Notes under the pieces: model-generated
Told to the model about the DNA's origin: nothing
The model's database searches: none
What the model saw: the letters and a program-made list of their open reading frames with translations, nothing else
Shown here: positions 27,390 through 41,091 of the stretch, in pieces
Layout: every line of letters begins with the position of its first letter
Position numbering within the stretch: the stretch's first letter is position 1
Source of the DNA: the human T2T-CHM13v2.0 reference genome, Homo sapiens
Reading direction: 5' to 3' (one strand)
Assembly (NCBI RefSeq): GCF_009914755.1
Contig: NC_060931.1
Length of the DNA stretch: 64,000 nt
Translations under genes and position numbers: made by a program

Positions 27390-28196
27390 ACTACACTTTT
27401 CTAATACCTTTTATTACTGACCACTAAAATTTAAAGCATTTACATTTTAAAACCAGAGGTTTGTTTCCATAAAAAATTATCAAGAAAATAATTCAGTCCT
27501 AATCTTCTACCAAAAGGTCATTTTTGTGCTAAATGACTGGCAGTGTCGCCCATTTCCTCCCCAATCCTGTTATCACAGCCCACCGATTTTCAGTGTATTC
27601 CAAAGAGCAAAATGTACTTCTGGCATTTCTCTGACATAAATAAAGAGTCTAAGGCATCTCACATGGATAACAGTTTTCAATACTTGATGTACAAAAACTG
27701 CAATCTGGAAGAGCATGTGTTTACAAATGCAGAATAGCATGCAATACTGCTTATCCAGGATTTTTAGTGTGCTGTTAAACAAATTATTTGACTTTCTCTA
27801 CCATGTAGGAAACAAAAAAAAGTCTCAAAAAATGAGGTTTTTTTTAGGGAAAAAATGCCATGTTTACAGAAATCACAGAGATGTCTGGTTTTAAAAATAA
27901 GACAGCCTATCTTGAAAAGATATGTTTTGAAAAGATTCTTTCGTATTGTTTTTGTTTATGTCAAAGGGATGATTAGAGCCCCAGTAAATGGGAACCTCCC
28001 AGCATACGCTAATAGAAGGCCAGCAGCCCACATACGGCTTGCAGCTTGGGGGATTTCTCTCAGTGTTCTGCCAGAGATGGGACTGCACAAATGGTTTCTC
28101 GCCTAAGTCGCAAGTCATAAACTGCAGGACCAGCCATGCCAGAACTGGACCCAAGGGTATACAGACTCTTGACTGATGGGAAACAATGACTGGTTC
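27390..28196 (-). other. Candidate terminal exon: 134 coding nt plus stop (28196-28060), then ~670-nt 3'UTR
   Basis: Acceptor 'tgtggctttcttag|GAACC'. Locally GC-richer segment open in phase 1 (TSHCFPSVKSLYTLGSSSGMAGPAVYDLRLRRETICAVPSLAEH*). AATAAA at 27415-27410 with a GU-rich element downstream. Confidence 0.35.
27410..27415 (-). terminator. Candidate poly(A) signal AATAAA
   Basis: On the minus strand, TGTA lies upstream and 'TGTCGTGTTT' about 40 nt downstream. Confidence 0.3.
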
Positions 28197-30687
28197 CTAA
28201 GAAAGCCACAGCTGCTTTCCTGAGAGACACCTCAGATGCCTGAATTTTCCCTTACTTTCCATTTTTGACTACCTGTTCTGGCAACAATTCCAACAAAGGG
28301 AGAGGCAGGCAGCAGGCACCCAGCTGTTTTCAATAAGACTTGGCAATATAGGTACTGATTACATAAACACTACAAACATTCAAAGAATATATTTTCTCCT
28401 TTCAAGCTATGAAAAAAGGTGTGAGCCTGTATCAACACCTCACATCTCTTCTACTCCAAATGATGATGATATGATGATAATAATAACTTTTATTATTAAA
28501 ACAAAGATTGTGAAAAAAACTTATCAACTGCTGGGAAGGAGCTCAAATGATACAGAGTATTGGAAAGATGTGAAATCTCCACATTTCAGGGACAATAATT
28601 TTTCTTTTTCCTTATGAAATAAGATTAAAGTGTGCACTTAATTTGATTGATTTCTCATTTTTCCCATGACCCAGGCAAAAAACAATCAGATATTGCATTA
28701 CCATTTGCATTACATTTTCTTTTTCATATGTTCAAAAATATAATTTAAAAACCTTAACATATGCTACAATCTCCAGGTAAGTATATCAATGAAATAGTAC
28801 ATAAGATCCTCTGCTAATATTAATCTGGAAGATGTTGATTTACTTTTTAAGTCAGATGGACAGAATTTCCTGGCTTTTAAAAAATATGTATTCACTTTCT
28901 GGATTTGTTATTTGGAAACTGAAATTTTAAATAACTCATTCATGCTTATAGGTAGCAGATGCAGAGTATTTTAAAAAATGATTCCTATATTTGACATATT
29001 AGAATAAGAATTTACCTAAAGGAATTGGAGCTTCAGTAATCTATATTACTAGGTAACTAACTGTTCAATTTCCTGTATAACGGAGTGATATTCCTATAAC
29101 AGAGAACAGAATTGCATTTAATTTTCTGTCTTAAGATTCTTATTATTTTTATCCCAATAATTCAAAATAAATCTTTGGCTAGGCCTCTTCTCCTTAATAT
29201 GTCTATTGTTTCTGTGATAATTTTCTTTCCTCCAAGGTGGTAGAATATATTATTTGATCTGGGTTTTAAATTAGACCCTTTCAAATAAAAATAAGTACTG
29301 AATAAAAGCAGCAGAGAAAATATTTTTCAAGTTGTTTATGAAAACCAGCTTTGGATAAAGTGATACTGTTAATTCAAAAACTTAAAGCTATTTTACAGAA
29401 AATAACAGTGTCATAAGTAAATTAGTGAATAGACTAAGAAAGATATACTGCATACACATTGCAATTACCATAACTTGGGACATAAAGGGACTGGTAAAAC
29501 AAAAGAAAAAAAAACTCTGAAAAAGGAGCAAGCAAACTAGGATGTCCCAGTTCAACACAAACTATTTTGCCTCAAGAGGTCAATTTGATTTTGTTTCTGT
29601 ATTTATAAAATGGGAGTATTAGCTTCCCTGATTTTTCACAGGATTTTATTGAGTATTGACTTACTTTTTTAAATTATAAAGTATTATAAGAATATAAGAG
29701 AGACTATTATGCTACTATTCTTGCTTAAAAGACTCAAATTAAAAGTGAAAACAAAGTGACAGATGTGACATAAATTGTAAGTAGATTTTGGAACATGAGA
29801 GATTTTAGTCAACTCTTTCTCGTTGGTGGTCGTAAGTTAAAATGATGCCTTTAAAGCTGCGGCTATATGATAATTGCTGGGAAAATAGAATTCTGCAAAG
29901 TGGCATAAAACTTTAGTGGGTAACTATTACAATTATGGATTGATCATTTGTTTGGAGTATTTCTATTATGGACCCTGTCCTTTTACAACATGGTGTTCCA
30001 TGTTTTTTTTTGAGTTTTTATACAAGCCTTTTGAAACACATTTTAGTGTCTTAACATAATTTTTATTTTAATTCCTTACTTATGACAAAAATATGGAATA
30101 ATTTCTAAAGATCCTCCCACTCACTATTACCAAACTACTGTTTTGTTCTTTCATATTTCATTAAATTCCCCACTCATATATAAAACTATGTCCAAAATAA
30201 TTATTTTTATACAGATCTTTTTCAGGGGGATCTTGAGCAACACAATGGAAATACATGCATAAACATTTTCTACAAAAAACAATTTTTTAGTTATAGTGTT
30301 TCTTGAAGTATTTTTTGACAAACATAAAAAGAATAACATTCAACAAAGCTGAGTCAATTTTGAGCAGAACCACAATAATGCCATGATACATTTTTGGACT
30401 AGCGAATTGACAGCAGAACTGCAAAGGAAAGGGCCAAACTTGAAGGACACAATGGAGGAAGAAAGGTCAGAAAAATGCCTTGGAGAATTATTGTTCCATA
30501 TCTTTGCTGTATTCTAAACAATGCTCTGCTAGACAATCAAAACTCTTGAAAACCTATTAAAATGTTCAGTCCAGACTCAATGTAGGAAAACCTAACATAT
30601 TAAAGTCACAAAATAGTAACCCTTCAAATTTCTCTAAAATAAATACATTATTCTATCCATTCACTATTTATTTAGTGTTAGGTGTGG

Positions 30688-30690
<3 letters not shown>

Positions 30691-30731
<41 letters not shown>
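30691..30731 (+). repeat. (AC)20 microsatellite
   Basis: Seen directly in the sequence. Confidence 0.98.
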
Positions 30732-30733
<2 letters not shown>

Positions 30734-31169
30734 TAGCATGGGACCTACTTCAAAGGTGAATGGTTGTATAAAAAGAATTACATCGAATCAGTCTCTATTA
30801 GGTTGTATTCATTCACAAATATTTATCTCACTCTTTTTTTATGCCAGGCCTTTCACTCTTGGCAGAGATGTTACTGGTGAGTAATACGGCCCTGAGTTTT
30901 TCATGAACATATATTAGATTTGTACAGACCTTATTTCTAAATCTTCAGGTAGAATTATCTTTATAATGTTGTCATTCAATGAAAAAAGAAAAATATTTTA
31001 CTAAAATGAGATCAATCCCAGGACTATATTACATTTTCTACTGACTTAGCTTACTTGTAAAATGAATCATATCTAGCACAGCTATCTTAACAAGGTTCTT
31101 ACAAGGGTAAGCGATGAATCATCTTCATCTAGCAGGTAGAGTATTCCCTGAAGTAACCATGATTCAGTG

Positions 31170-31400
31170 CTTTGAGTAGCATTTTGGGGATACAAACGAA
31201 GTCAATTTTACAGTTCCACCTTAGGCAAGTTATTTAATCCTGCTATGCCTCAGTATCTTCAGCTGAAAAAGATACTGAGCTTACAAAGAACAGCTTACAA
31301 AGTTGTTGCAATGTTCAATTTAAATAAGGTACATGAAAACTTACTACAGACTTTCATACGTGCAAACATCAACAAACGTCAGTAGTTTCAATTGATTATA
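31170..31400 (+). mobile_element. MIR SINE
   Basis: Contains 'accttaggcaagttatttaatcctgctatgcctcagtatcttcagctgaaaa'. Confidence 0.7.
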
Positions 31401-33841
31401 TTGTGTTATTATTGTCAGCATTTACATTAGATCAGCATTTACAGCAATGTTTTCCAAACTTGGCATTGAAAATGTATCATCGAAGTTCTTCCCCTCATTG
31501 GATTTAACTTATTTTGTTCAATTATTATTGATATGACACACATAAAAATAGATCTTTTTTAAAATTCATGAGATAAAACAAGTATAAATAAAAATTCTAT
31601 TTTTTTTTCCAACTCAATGGATCCTCTCACCCATCACTTTTGAAAACCACAATCAAAAATATAAAGAAGTCTTCTATGTTCCAAAGTTTGATATCCTAGA
31701 AAAAACATTGGCTGAGCACCACGAAATGTGGACTCTCATCCTTTGGGTCACAAATAGCTGAATTGTTTTATTTTCTCAGGACAAGCAGTTTATTTGTTCA
31801 ATGCGAGGGTAGAAATAGAAAATCTCCAAGATCTATTATCAGTTCTATTATGTGAAAAAAATAATAAAAATGACCAACACAATATTAAAAAAATATAAAT
31901 TTCCCCAGATAGCCTCCAGGAAAATTTAAATTTATAATAAAAAGGATACATCAGAAATATTGGTTCTTGTCCCAGTTTTTTGCACAATAATGTAATTGAA
32001 CAGTAAAAAAACCCTGAAAAATCCTTTTATAAAAGCATCCTCCACACATTTGAAGTATGTATAGAGGATGGCAAAGAATGGAAGAGACAGATTCCAAAAT
32101 CGTCAATTCCTAGATATCAAGATTCCTGATCTCCTCGATGGAGATAAGCTAGCTTCCTGGCACTCTGCTTCCCAAAATTTTACAAAGTTAGGATAGACAA
32201 AAGTATATCCTAATAACTTAGTGGATATTGCCAAAGGTATGGTAGATAAAGCATCAGCAGTAGCAATAACTCTTATGAAAATTTTGCAAAGGCAAGTACT
32301 CAAGTAAAAACATGTAAAATGAACAATTTTGATGGTTACTGGTAAATGATGGAGTGCTTCAAGGACAACAGAAATTTCACAGGTAAAAACATTTTGCTTG
32401 TTTGTGTTTATAGTTCAACAAACACAGATTGGCCATTAATGTATTGTATATATCCAGTAACAAAATTAAACCTTTAAAATATTTAGTTTTTACATGATCC
32501 ATAATTTGTTGCTGTTTATTTCTCTCTTCAATGAGACATAAAGGAGGGAGAGAGACAGAGAGGAAGAAATTACTAGAATTTCTAAAAATAATTATGTTAT
32601 GAAAAATCTGTAAAAACAAATCCACGGGGAATTTGTAACCAATATTAAATATTGAATAAGAGAAAAATCACACTTTGGGACACTACGAATTTTCAGAAAG
32701 TATCTTTGTAGCTGAAAATGTGTTTCTGATTATGTCAAAGGTATATTTTATGGATTCTGGAGAAATGTGTTAATAATTCTCATGGCTAAGTAAAAGCAAA
32801 AGAGACCTCTTTGGTTAGCTTCTGAAGTTAGCACATGCAGCAAAAGTTATGCAGAGTTAAAATTACCCTAGAAAATCCCTTCAATAACCCCTAAAGTATA
32901 ATACACATGGTTTTGTATATACAAACGCTTTATGACAATTTTCTCACACCCTCAAATTTGAGAACCATTGTGCAAGGCTGAGGAAAGTAACCAAAGGAAA
33001 GTCTATATGCAGGTTTCTCACAATTCAAACCAATCCTACCTTTGGGTCAAAGGGAAAAGAGCAGAGGAAAAAAATGGATGAGGAGCTCTAACATGTTTCT
33101 ACTTATCTGTAGGGCTTGCTACTTTTTATTTTTAATATTGAACCTTATTACTCGAATACATTTTTAAAGGATGTGGTTGCTTTTGCGAGGGTCAAAAAAA
33201 GAGTGGAATACACCTTGCAATTGGTGGTAAGTCGTAAATCCTGATAATAGCTTAAATGCACAAATGATGTCATTCTACTTTATCTTAATACACAGAAGAA
33301 TATTTAGTTTGCCTTCTCGGACATAAAAAGCTTATTTTAAAGCAATGCTTTAACTGCCTACATCTTTTTGTATCTCTTGCTATTTCTAAGTGCATCTTTG
33401 ACAGCAGTGATCCTATAAGAGCCTATGCCAACAGAAATTTTATTTCAAACTTTCAAATGAATGAGTCCAGTATAAATTCTGTCACAACACATGTAATATA
33501 TCAAGACCTTCTGTTATAAGTAGAGTAAGCTAATTTTAAATCGAATACTAGCATTTTCTTTCCCCAGTGATGATCCTCTGCAATAAATCAGTCCACCACA
33601 GAGTATTTACTACAAGGGTTCTCCTTGTTATGAAGCAAGACTCGTAGAGAAACTTACACAATCCTGAAATGAGAAGACTGTTGTGGCCCTTGGCAATTTC
33701 ACAAGGAGGAATATTAACTAAATTCATTATAATTGGCTAAATTTCTCCACAATTTGATCAAAAGAAAGCACATGTATGTGGAAATTTTATTTTTCTTTTT
33801 TTTCCTCTCTTTTTTTTCTTTACTGTGATGAAGTGAGTTAC

Positions 33842-33915
33842 CAGGTCCCCCAAAGACCTGAAGACTCAACACAGCTTGAGTTGTACACCGGAATTCTCCC
33901 CCATGAGTTTGGCGG
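33842..33915 (-). other. Candidate 74-nt internal exon
   Basis: Branch-like TACTAAT, acceptor 'tcattcctactgacccag|CCGCC', donor 'ACCTG|gtaact'. Open from phase 2 to phase 1. Confidence 0.3.
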
Positions 33916-35274
33916 CTGGGTCAGTAGGAATGATATTAGTACATTTAATTTTCAAAACACACACAGTGGAACAGATGTGTTTTATAGAGACTGCAAAATG
34001 AAGGGGGTCTGCATATTGTTTTGGTACTATATGGTTAGAGATCGCTGTATGAATCTAATTCCTGCTGATAATCATAACTTGTCTTTGTGAAAACTAGTTT
34101 ATAATATTTGTGTATAGCACTATGGAGAATATCAAAGCTACCAAGATTTGAAACAGTGCAGCAGGAGCTCCAAGACTTTATGTAAATTAACCCCACAACA
34201 TGGAACACATTAACTTGAGGGTTTTAGGAATTTGGAACTCAGAATGCCTAGGATGTGGGCTTAATTGAAATGCAGTATTATGACAATCAGTTTTTCTCTA
34301 GAGACAGGATTTTTTAAGGTGCATGCGAATGTATAATTGAGCACTGACGTATTACATCATGGTGATACATTTTTAAAAACCCGTATCGGCTTCACAGTAT
34401 TTATTTCACTGAAATACCACTGGTCATTCAAAGATTCCTCCTTTAGTAACAAGCCATCTGAATAAATGAACAGTACACTGAGGTGAGCCAGTCAGCTCTC
34501 AGATGGGACCAGACCTCAAAGGCTCACACATACACAAAGCTCTTCTTCTGGAAAAAATGTTCCTGGGTTTTCAACATAAATCAGGGTCAACACATAATAC
34601 AATCACACTCTAGTGTATTTAAAAGCTGGAAAACAGTCTAACTAGGACTGTGATGCTTTTAGCAAACTTTCAGGCCAAACAGCAATCAGAAAGAGTATTA
34701 ATGGCTTTGGCTTTGTGATCAAACCCTGTCTCTGTTCTTGTCCACAGAGGGGTTGCCTGCTTTCCTGGGGAATTGTTAATGGGCGTTAGAAAACTACACT
34801 TTCTGCACTGCTATAATTTTATAGGGTTCCTTTTTCTATGTTTTTTTTGTAAACTGTAGACACAAATGAACATAGTGGTAAGTAACACTAAAATCCAAGA
34901 GCCTTGATTTTCACACTGTAACAGTTAATTTATTAAACTTTCACGGTCAAAGAATAAGCCAAATCTTTCTACTGGAATTCTATAGGCATCATTCATTTGT
35001 AGTAGTAATGAAAAGATTAAAGAATAATGATAAAAAATAATGAAGTGTCACTAAAATTCAATATAATAACAAAACTCATTTGGTCCAATTGCATACTGAA
35101 TTCAAGTGTATGTCAAATAAAATCAAGTTTTTTTAAGATATAAAATATAAAGTATGAAACTAAAAGTTGCTTACTGCATGGGAGATTTAAGAACTCTAGG
35201 ATCAATAGATCAACACATATCAATTGAGCATGCATTACGTTCCTATATAAGTGCAAGAAACAAAGTGAAAGAAA

Positions 35275-35276
<2 letters not shown>

Positions 35277-35312
<36 letters not shown>
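35277..35312 (+). repeat. (GT)18 microsatellite
   Basis: Seen directly in the sequence. Confidence 0.98.
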
Positions 35313-35314
<2 letters not shown>

Positions 35315-35869
35315 ACATGCACACATGCCCAATCCCTTTGACAATGTTTGGCAATGTGAAATATAGATGTACATATCTCACACCCTCAAAGGGGCTGGGA
35401 CTTCCATAAAGTGTCCTAATTCACAGACACAAAACTCTCTTTTACTATAAATAAATACATCATTTGAATACCTAATATATAGCTTACCTTAAAAGAAAAG
35501 AAATACTAGAGTCTATGGAAAACGAGAAGGTGAGGAAGGAAATACAGTTGAAGTTGTGATGTTGCAATTGAGCCATGAAATGTGACCTTGAATCTATGAG
35601 GGCTGTGGTAGATGGAAATGATAATTTTCTTTCTACAATTTGTCATATGAAATTGTTGGGGCCCCCAAAGAAAGAAATGTTAAATACTGTAAAGATGTTC
35701 CCATATCCCAAGGAACATGGGAAGCCCAGGGATATTGACAATCTCAACTGAGGAGGAGTTCATAATAAAAATTTAAATGCATGAACACATACATAATCTC
35801 TCTCTCTCTCTGTGTGTGTCTCTCTCTCTCACATGCACACACACAAGAAAAACAAAGACATCTTGAGAG

Positions 35870-36260
35870 AGACTTTAATATGTGCAAGAAATGGAGAATT
35901 TACACCACAAATATAAAAAGTAATGAAGAAGCAGGAAAGATATTATAAAGTAAGTTTTAAGTTTAAAGGGATTAAAAATAGAAATAATGAGAAACAAATA
36001 AGGGACTAAAAATAAATAGCAGGTAAATTTAAACATACATCAAATAGAAACATCTTAAATTAAAATATAAGATATTGAAATTAAAAATCCAATGAACTGG
36101 CAAATAAAACTAATCACTCAGAAGAAAATAATGCAAGATGAAAATAAATACTTGGAGATATGGAAGTTAAAATGAAAAATACAGTGTGTCTAACTGAAAT
36201 TCAAGAAAGTAAATGAGAAGAATGGTGGAGAGGAAATAACAATAGAAAGCAAAATAGAAT
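35870..36260 (+). mobile_element. Ancient L1M/HAL1 ORF1-region fragment
   Basis: A-rich and degenerate: 'gaaattaaaaatccaatgaactgg', 'gtgtctaactgaaattcaagaa...gaatggtggagaggaaata'. Confidence 0.55.
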
Positions 36261-36334
36261 TACTAAAGACCAAATACTGGTATATAAATGGCACACTGTT
36301 AATTTATTGTTCGCCATAATTTATGAGAAATATT

Positions 36335-36423
36335 ATTATTTATTTATTTAACTTTATTTTCGATTCAGGGGTACATATGAAGAATTGTTATGTAGGTAAA
36401 CTGTGTGTCCTGGGGGTTTGGTG
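36335..36423 (-). mobile_element. Short L1PA (old primate) 3'-terminal fragment
   Basis: Contains 'ttaactttattttcgattcaggggtacatatg...ttgttatgtaggtaaactgtgtgtcctgggggtttggtg'. Confidence 0.75.
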
Positions 36424-36765
36424 CTATTAAATAAAACTAAATGACAACGAATATACTGCATATCAAAATTGAGGGATACAAGTAAAATTGTAGAAAGAAA
36501 ATTATTAAATTTATCAATAAGAAAAAAGACGTATAAACGGTAATATATCCAAACAATTAAATGCTGTAGATGATAAAAATGAAAATGAAGTTTCATATTC
36601 CAATGTGGAGAAATTTCAAGAACAAATTTGAGTGAAAATGTAACAGTGTGAAATTATTTATGTAATTTTTTAAAAAGCAGAAGGCTGCTATATTAAGGAT
36701 ATATAGTGAATAGAACTATATCTTCCTTCAGAGGAATGAGAGACATTAATACTATATTGACTATG

Positions 36766-36769
36766 GTGT

Positions 36770-36812
<43 letters not shown>
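36766..36812 (+). repeat. (TG)n microsatellite
   Basis: Seen directly; one interruption. Confidence 0.97.
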
Positions 36813-36815
<3 letters not shown>

Positions 36816-37499
36816 TTTGTGAATTTTTGTTTTACGATTTTGGGCCATATGTTTTAGTTCTTTTAATGATGACTCTTTCAACAGTTCTTTCAGTTCTTTT
36901 AGTGGTTAGTTCACATAGTGATTGCAATGGACAGGAAGGAAAAGAATGTGGTTGAAGGGAGTGGGCTTCCAATGTTCAGATAAAAAATTCATTTCCTTTA
37001 AAAAAAATCTTAAAATATATTAACTCTCTGTAAGCTTGGCTAATATACAATTTTGGATATTTTATTTTTTCTGTATTTTTGAAAAAATATATAGTTTAAA
37101 AATACTTATTAATTTAAAAAAAGAGTTCAACAAGACCTGTGAATGGTCAGGAAAGCTTCAGAATACAGGTGATATTCCTGCTGGCCTGAGAGACAGATCA
37201 GACCCGAGGTGGCAAGAAGAAAGACTAACTCAGTTGAAGCATGGTGCACACAGTCCACAATCAACCTTTTGGTAGAAAAGACAGGCCTGACTCTTTTTCA
37301 ACATATTTGGAATTAACAGAAAAATTGAAAGAGAAGTCCATCTATGGGGCTATTCAGTGCTAGACTGAATAAGGTGAATCTTATTCAATGACTTTGAAGG
37401 ATAATGCCATAATAAAAGTTAAAATATGTAATATGAATTAAATAGGAGAACAAGTCAGGTAAAGCTGTCAGAATCATGTTAGATAAGAGAAAGTATTGT

Positions 37500-38265
37500 A
37501 GCTTCATACATTTACTGATCAAATTTGTATTAAGTACCTCCATGCACTAATTATCTACACAATGTTCATTAGCATAAAGGTGAAGATTAAAATACTTATT
37601 CAGGAAATAATTATTTATAAAATTACAATAATCACCCAGGCCATTTCTACTCTTACGGGGTTTGAATTAGTGCAGATAATACAGATCTTTGCACAATTAC
37701 AATGCAGTGTGCTGTGTGCAGTAGAGACATCTAATATAATCTAGACAATCAAGGAAAGTGGCAGAATGAAGTGCTGGAGCACAGTAGTTGTTCAATTAAG
37801 TATTTATGAATGGATGATTGCATGATTACATTAACTAATATTTAAAGTGAGACAAGAAAGATGAAGAGGAGTTTGCTAGCTGAACACAGGAGGAAGGAAA
37901 GTTTTGGGGCCAGAAACAACAATCCAGGAAGGAAAAAAAGACAATTTTTTTTTTTAAAAGAAATTAAGAGACATTCTGAGAGGTCTGATCCTGAGAAGCA
38001 CAAGTAAAGAGTAAAGAAGGATAAGGCTTGTGTAAGACAAGATAGGTGATTGAAGCGTTCTCATCCTGGAGCTATGTGATTCGATTTACTCTTCAGCACC
38101 CAGGCTGTGGTGTGGAGAATGAAGACTGGCTAAGTGGGTAAGTGGATGAGAGTCCTGTTAGGACACCATCTCAGTAAGCTGATGATGACAGTGGCCAGAG
38201 GGAAAGTAGTATTGGCTATGGGGATGGAGAGAAGAAGATGGATTTAAAGGATTTGAGGGGATTAC
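37500..38265 (-). mobile_element. L2 LINE fragments
   Basis: Contains 'ggctgtggtgtggagaatg', 'gatgatgacagtggccagag' and 'ggggatggagagaagaagatggattt'. Confidence 0.7.
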
Positions 38266-38659
38266 ACTGTGAAAGTGAATGAGTTCTCCAAGGAGTATAT
38301 ACCTAAGAAAATATATCTATGCTCTCCTGATAATCCCCTAACATCTTTCCAGACAAGCCAGATGGCTTATTACATGTTTCCTGCACACACCCCAGATCTT
38401 TCCTGTTGTACAGCTCCCTTCATACTCACTTCCTCTAATTCTTTTCTTCAATCCCACTTCTTAAAATCCCACCCGTCCTTGAAGGCAGGCCTCAATGATA
38501 CCTTGCTCATGGAATCTTCTATGATGTCCATTCTTTTATACAATATATAATCTCTGCTTCCTCTAAGTCCTTAGAATTTTTGCCTTATTTCTTTTATTGC
38601 ATTACATACTGACTGCTATAATGGCAACTGAACATCTTATGTGTCCACCTGACTGTGCC

Positions 38660-38969
38660 TTTTTTTTTTTTTTTTTTTTTTTTCCTGGAGATGGAGTCTG
38701 GATCTGTTGCCCCAGGCTGGAGTGCAGTGGCTTGGATCTGGGCTCACTGCAACCTCTGCCTCCTGGGTTCAAACGATTCTCCTGCCTCAGCCTCCCAAGT
38801 GGCTGGGATTACAGGGGCCCGCCTATCATTCCTGGCTAATTTTTTTTTTTAGTAGAGACTGGGTTTCAATGTGTTTCCCAGGTTGATCTCGAACTCTGAG
38901 CTCAGGCAATCCGCCCACCTCGGCCTCCCAAACTGCTAGGATTACAGGGGTGAGCCATCATGCCCGGCC
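38660..38969 (-). mobile_element. AluS SINE
   Basis: Antisense dimer with poly(T). TSD ctgactgtgc at 38649-38658 and 38970-38979. Confidence 0.95.
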
Positions 38970-39280
38970 CTGACTGTGCTTTAAGGCCTGGAAAAATATC
39001 AAATATGAATTGTTCCTATTTAAAGTGCTTGGCATACTGTCTTGTGCATGTTAAGGACACAGTGATAATAATATTTATTCAGAAATAATATAAATCCAGT
39101 AATATTTTATTAATATGAATATATAAATTATCTTATTAGAAAATTAACCTTATTTCAAAACCATTTAAATTTAGAACCGATTGTAAAACCAAGCCCAGAA
39201 CTGGAAATTGGCTAATAACAACATATGCTATTATTATTACCATAAATAGCATATATTTTCAGGACACAGATCTAAAAATC

Positions 39281-39327
39281 TGTCCCCTGAAATTAATCTA
39301 ATTATGTCCCCTGAAATTAATCTAATT
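39281..39327 (+). repeat. 24-bp tandem duplication
   Basis: tgtcccctgaaattaatctaatt occurs twice. Confidence 0.92.
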
Positions 39328-39631
39328 TTAAATAAAGTGGGTGTTCAAAGAGATATGTAGGCTGAAAATGATGATGCTATTTTCTGTGATGATATTCGTA
39401 AATCTTATAAAATAATGAAAATCATAAAAACATTCAAGAAAGTTGGAAGACTAGGAAAATACAATGAGGATGTCAGAATGATGAATAACTTGGTGTTGTT
39501 TTACACCTCCAAGAAAAGAAGGAGAAAGAGGCAAATCATGTAAATATTTTCTGTTGTTGTTTTCTCAATCAGTATGCCTCCTTGGTAGTGGGCTCACCGA
39601 AAATGTAGGAGAATCATTTGGCCCCTTTTAC

Positions 39632-39799
39632 CTTCTGGATATTGAGGACATGTGTGTCGGATCAGAGTTACAGGGTGACTTCCATGAATCTATTCCAGCC
39701 CCTCTGGAAGTAAAGGCCATCTGTCAGTTCCTTGAGCCAGGGCTGAGCTCTTGTAAGTCATCTAGCAAAACTTTGGAATCTGGCTGATAATGCTGATAG
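39632..39799 (-). other. Candidate 168-nt exon containing an ATG (39720) open to the donor
   Basis: Acceptor 'cagctttctag|CTATC', donor 'CAGAAG|gtaaaa'. Reads MAFTSRGAGIDSWKSPCNSDPTHMSSISR and ends in phase 2. Confidence 0.3.
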
Positions 39800-41091
39800 C
39801 TAGAAAGCTGCCTTTTGTGAAATAACAACTTTACCTACATCATAATCACAGAAAGAGAGAAAAAAAATGACACGGCTAAAAAAAAAATTCCTCCTTGTTT
39901 TTCACTTTAAATTCTTTATTTCCCTTGCTGAGACAAAGGGCAATAGTGGTGACTATAGACGTAATCCCCTTTCCTCCTAAAAAATTCAAGTACAGGGTTT
40001 TGGTTTCACAGCAGTCAACTCTGATATTTCTTCTCCTTGGTGAGAAGCAGGATATGCTACGTGGCTTTTGTTTGTAGGCACACTGGAAATTGTAGAATCC
40101 CTTTTAAAGAGAAAATGAGCATATGGAAGCTCTTTTTTGTAAAACTATTGTTCAAATGAATGTTAAACATACCATCCACAAAATTAAATTTAAGCATCTG
40201 CTTCCTTCAAGGAATAGCCACTTGCCCTTCCCCTAGAGAAAAATCCAACAAAGGAAACATAGTTATTCTTCTATTGCAGTATCCGTGAACTAGAAGATAA
40301 TTGTTAGATATATGTTGTGCAATTTCACCAATTTCATAACAATTTCTGTATGTAAAAGGCAAATATTTTTAATATTTATATAGCATTACGTTTTCACTTT
40401 CCAATTATTTCAAACTTCACAACAAAACATATAGAGTGTTTACATAATTTTCTTATGATTAGTTATTCAGTTTGGAGAGTAAAACTTTAATATAATCGTG
40501 CAGTTTTCCTTTGAAATCTTTTCGTCTAAAATGCTATTATTGGAGGATAAAGCAAGATGTAAGCTTCAAATTAGTCCAACTTGCTACTTTTTAGTCACTT
40601 TATTAAAGCATTTTGGGAAGAAGAGTTAATATTTCTGAATCCAAAATGTTTAACAAGTTATCTAATAACAGATTTTTTTTGGTCTAGGTATTAGAATCCT
40701 GACATTACTCAATAATTGGTGATTTATTTAATTAATTAGTTCACAGATACCTGAAATGTAGCCTCAACTTTTGATTTTGGAAGTCAGAATGAACTTAGAG
40801 CCTGATGAACAGCAAACATAGACAAAAAGCTCAAAATATTTTGAAAATAAAACTGATAGAAAAAGAAAGACAGTGAGTGGCTAGAGCGATTGAGATTTCG
40901 TGATCTTTAGCATTCACTCAAATATTCCCTTAAAGCAAAAACATGTTTTTCAATGTTAGTCATCTTGCTTTTTGGCTAGTCATTAGAAATGGTCAGTAGT
41001 TATTAGCAACCATACCTGTATATTTCTTTATAGAAGAAACTGTTATGTCTATTAACCTATCCTCTTCATTTGTTAAATAAATTATTTTCCC

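Noticed and set aside
27855-28176. Three overlapping unspliced ORFs (83, 87 and 62 aa)
   Set aside because: No recognisable homology; they reflect locally higher GC. The spliced phase-1 frame is reported instead, as a hypothesis.
32100-32310. Protein-like plus-strand text (DIKIPDLLDGDKL...) suggesting a pseudogene or transposase relic
   Set aside because: In-frame stop, no recognisable family, no poly(A) or TSD; cannot be supported without tBLASTx/Dfam.
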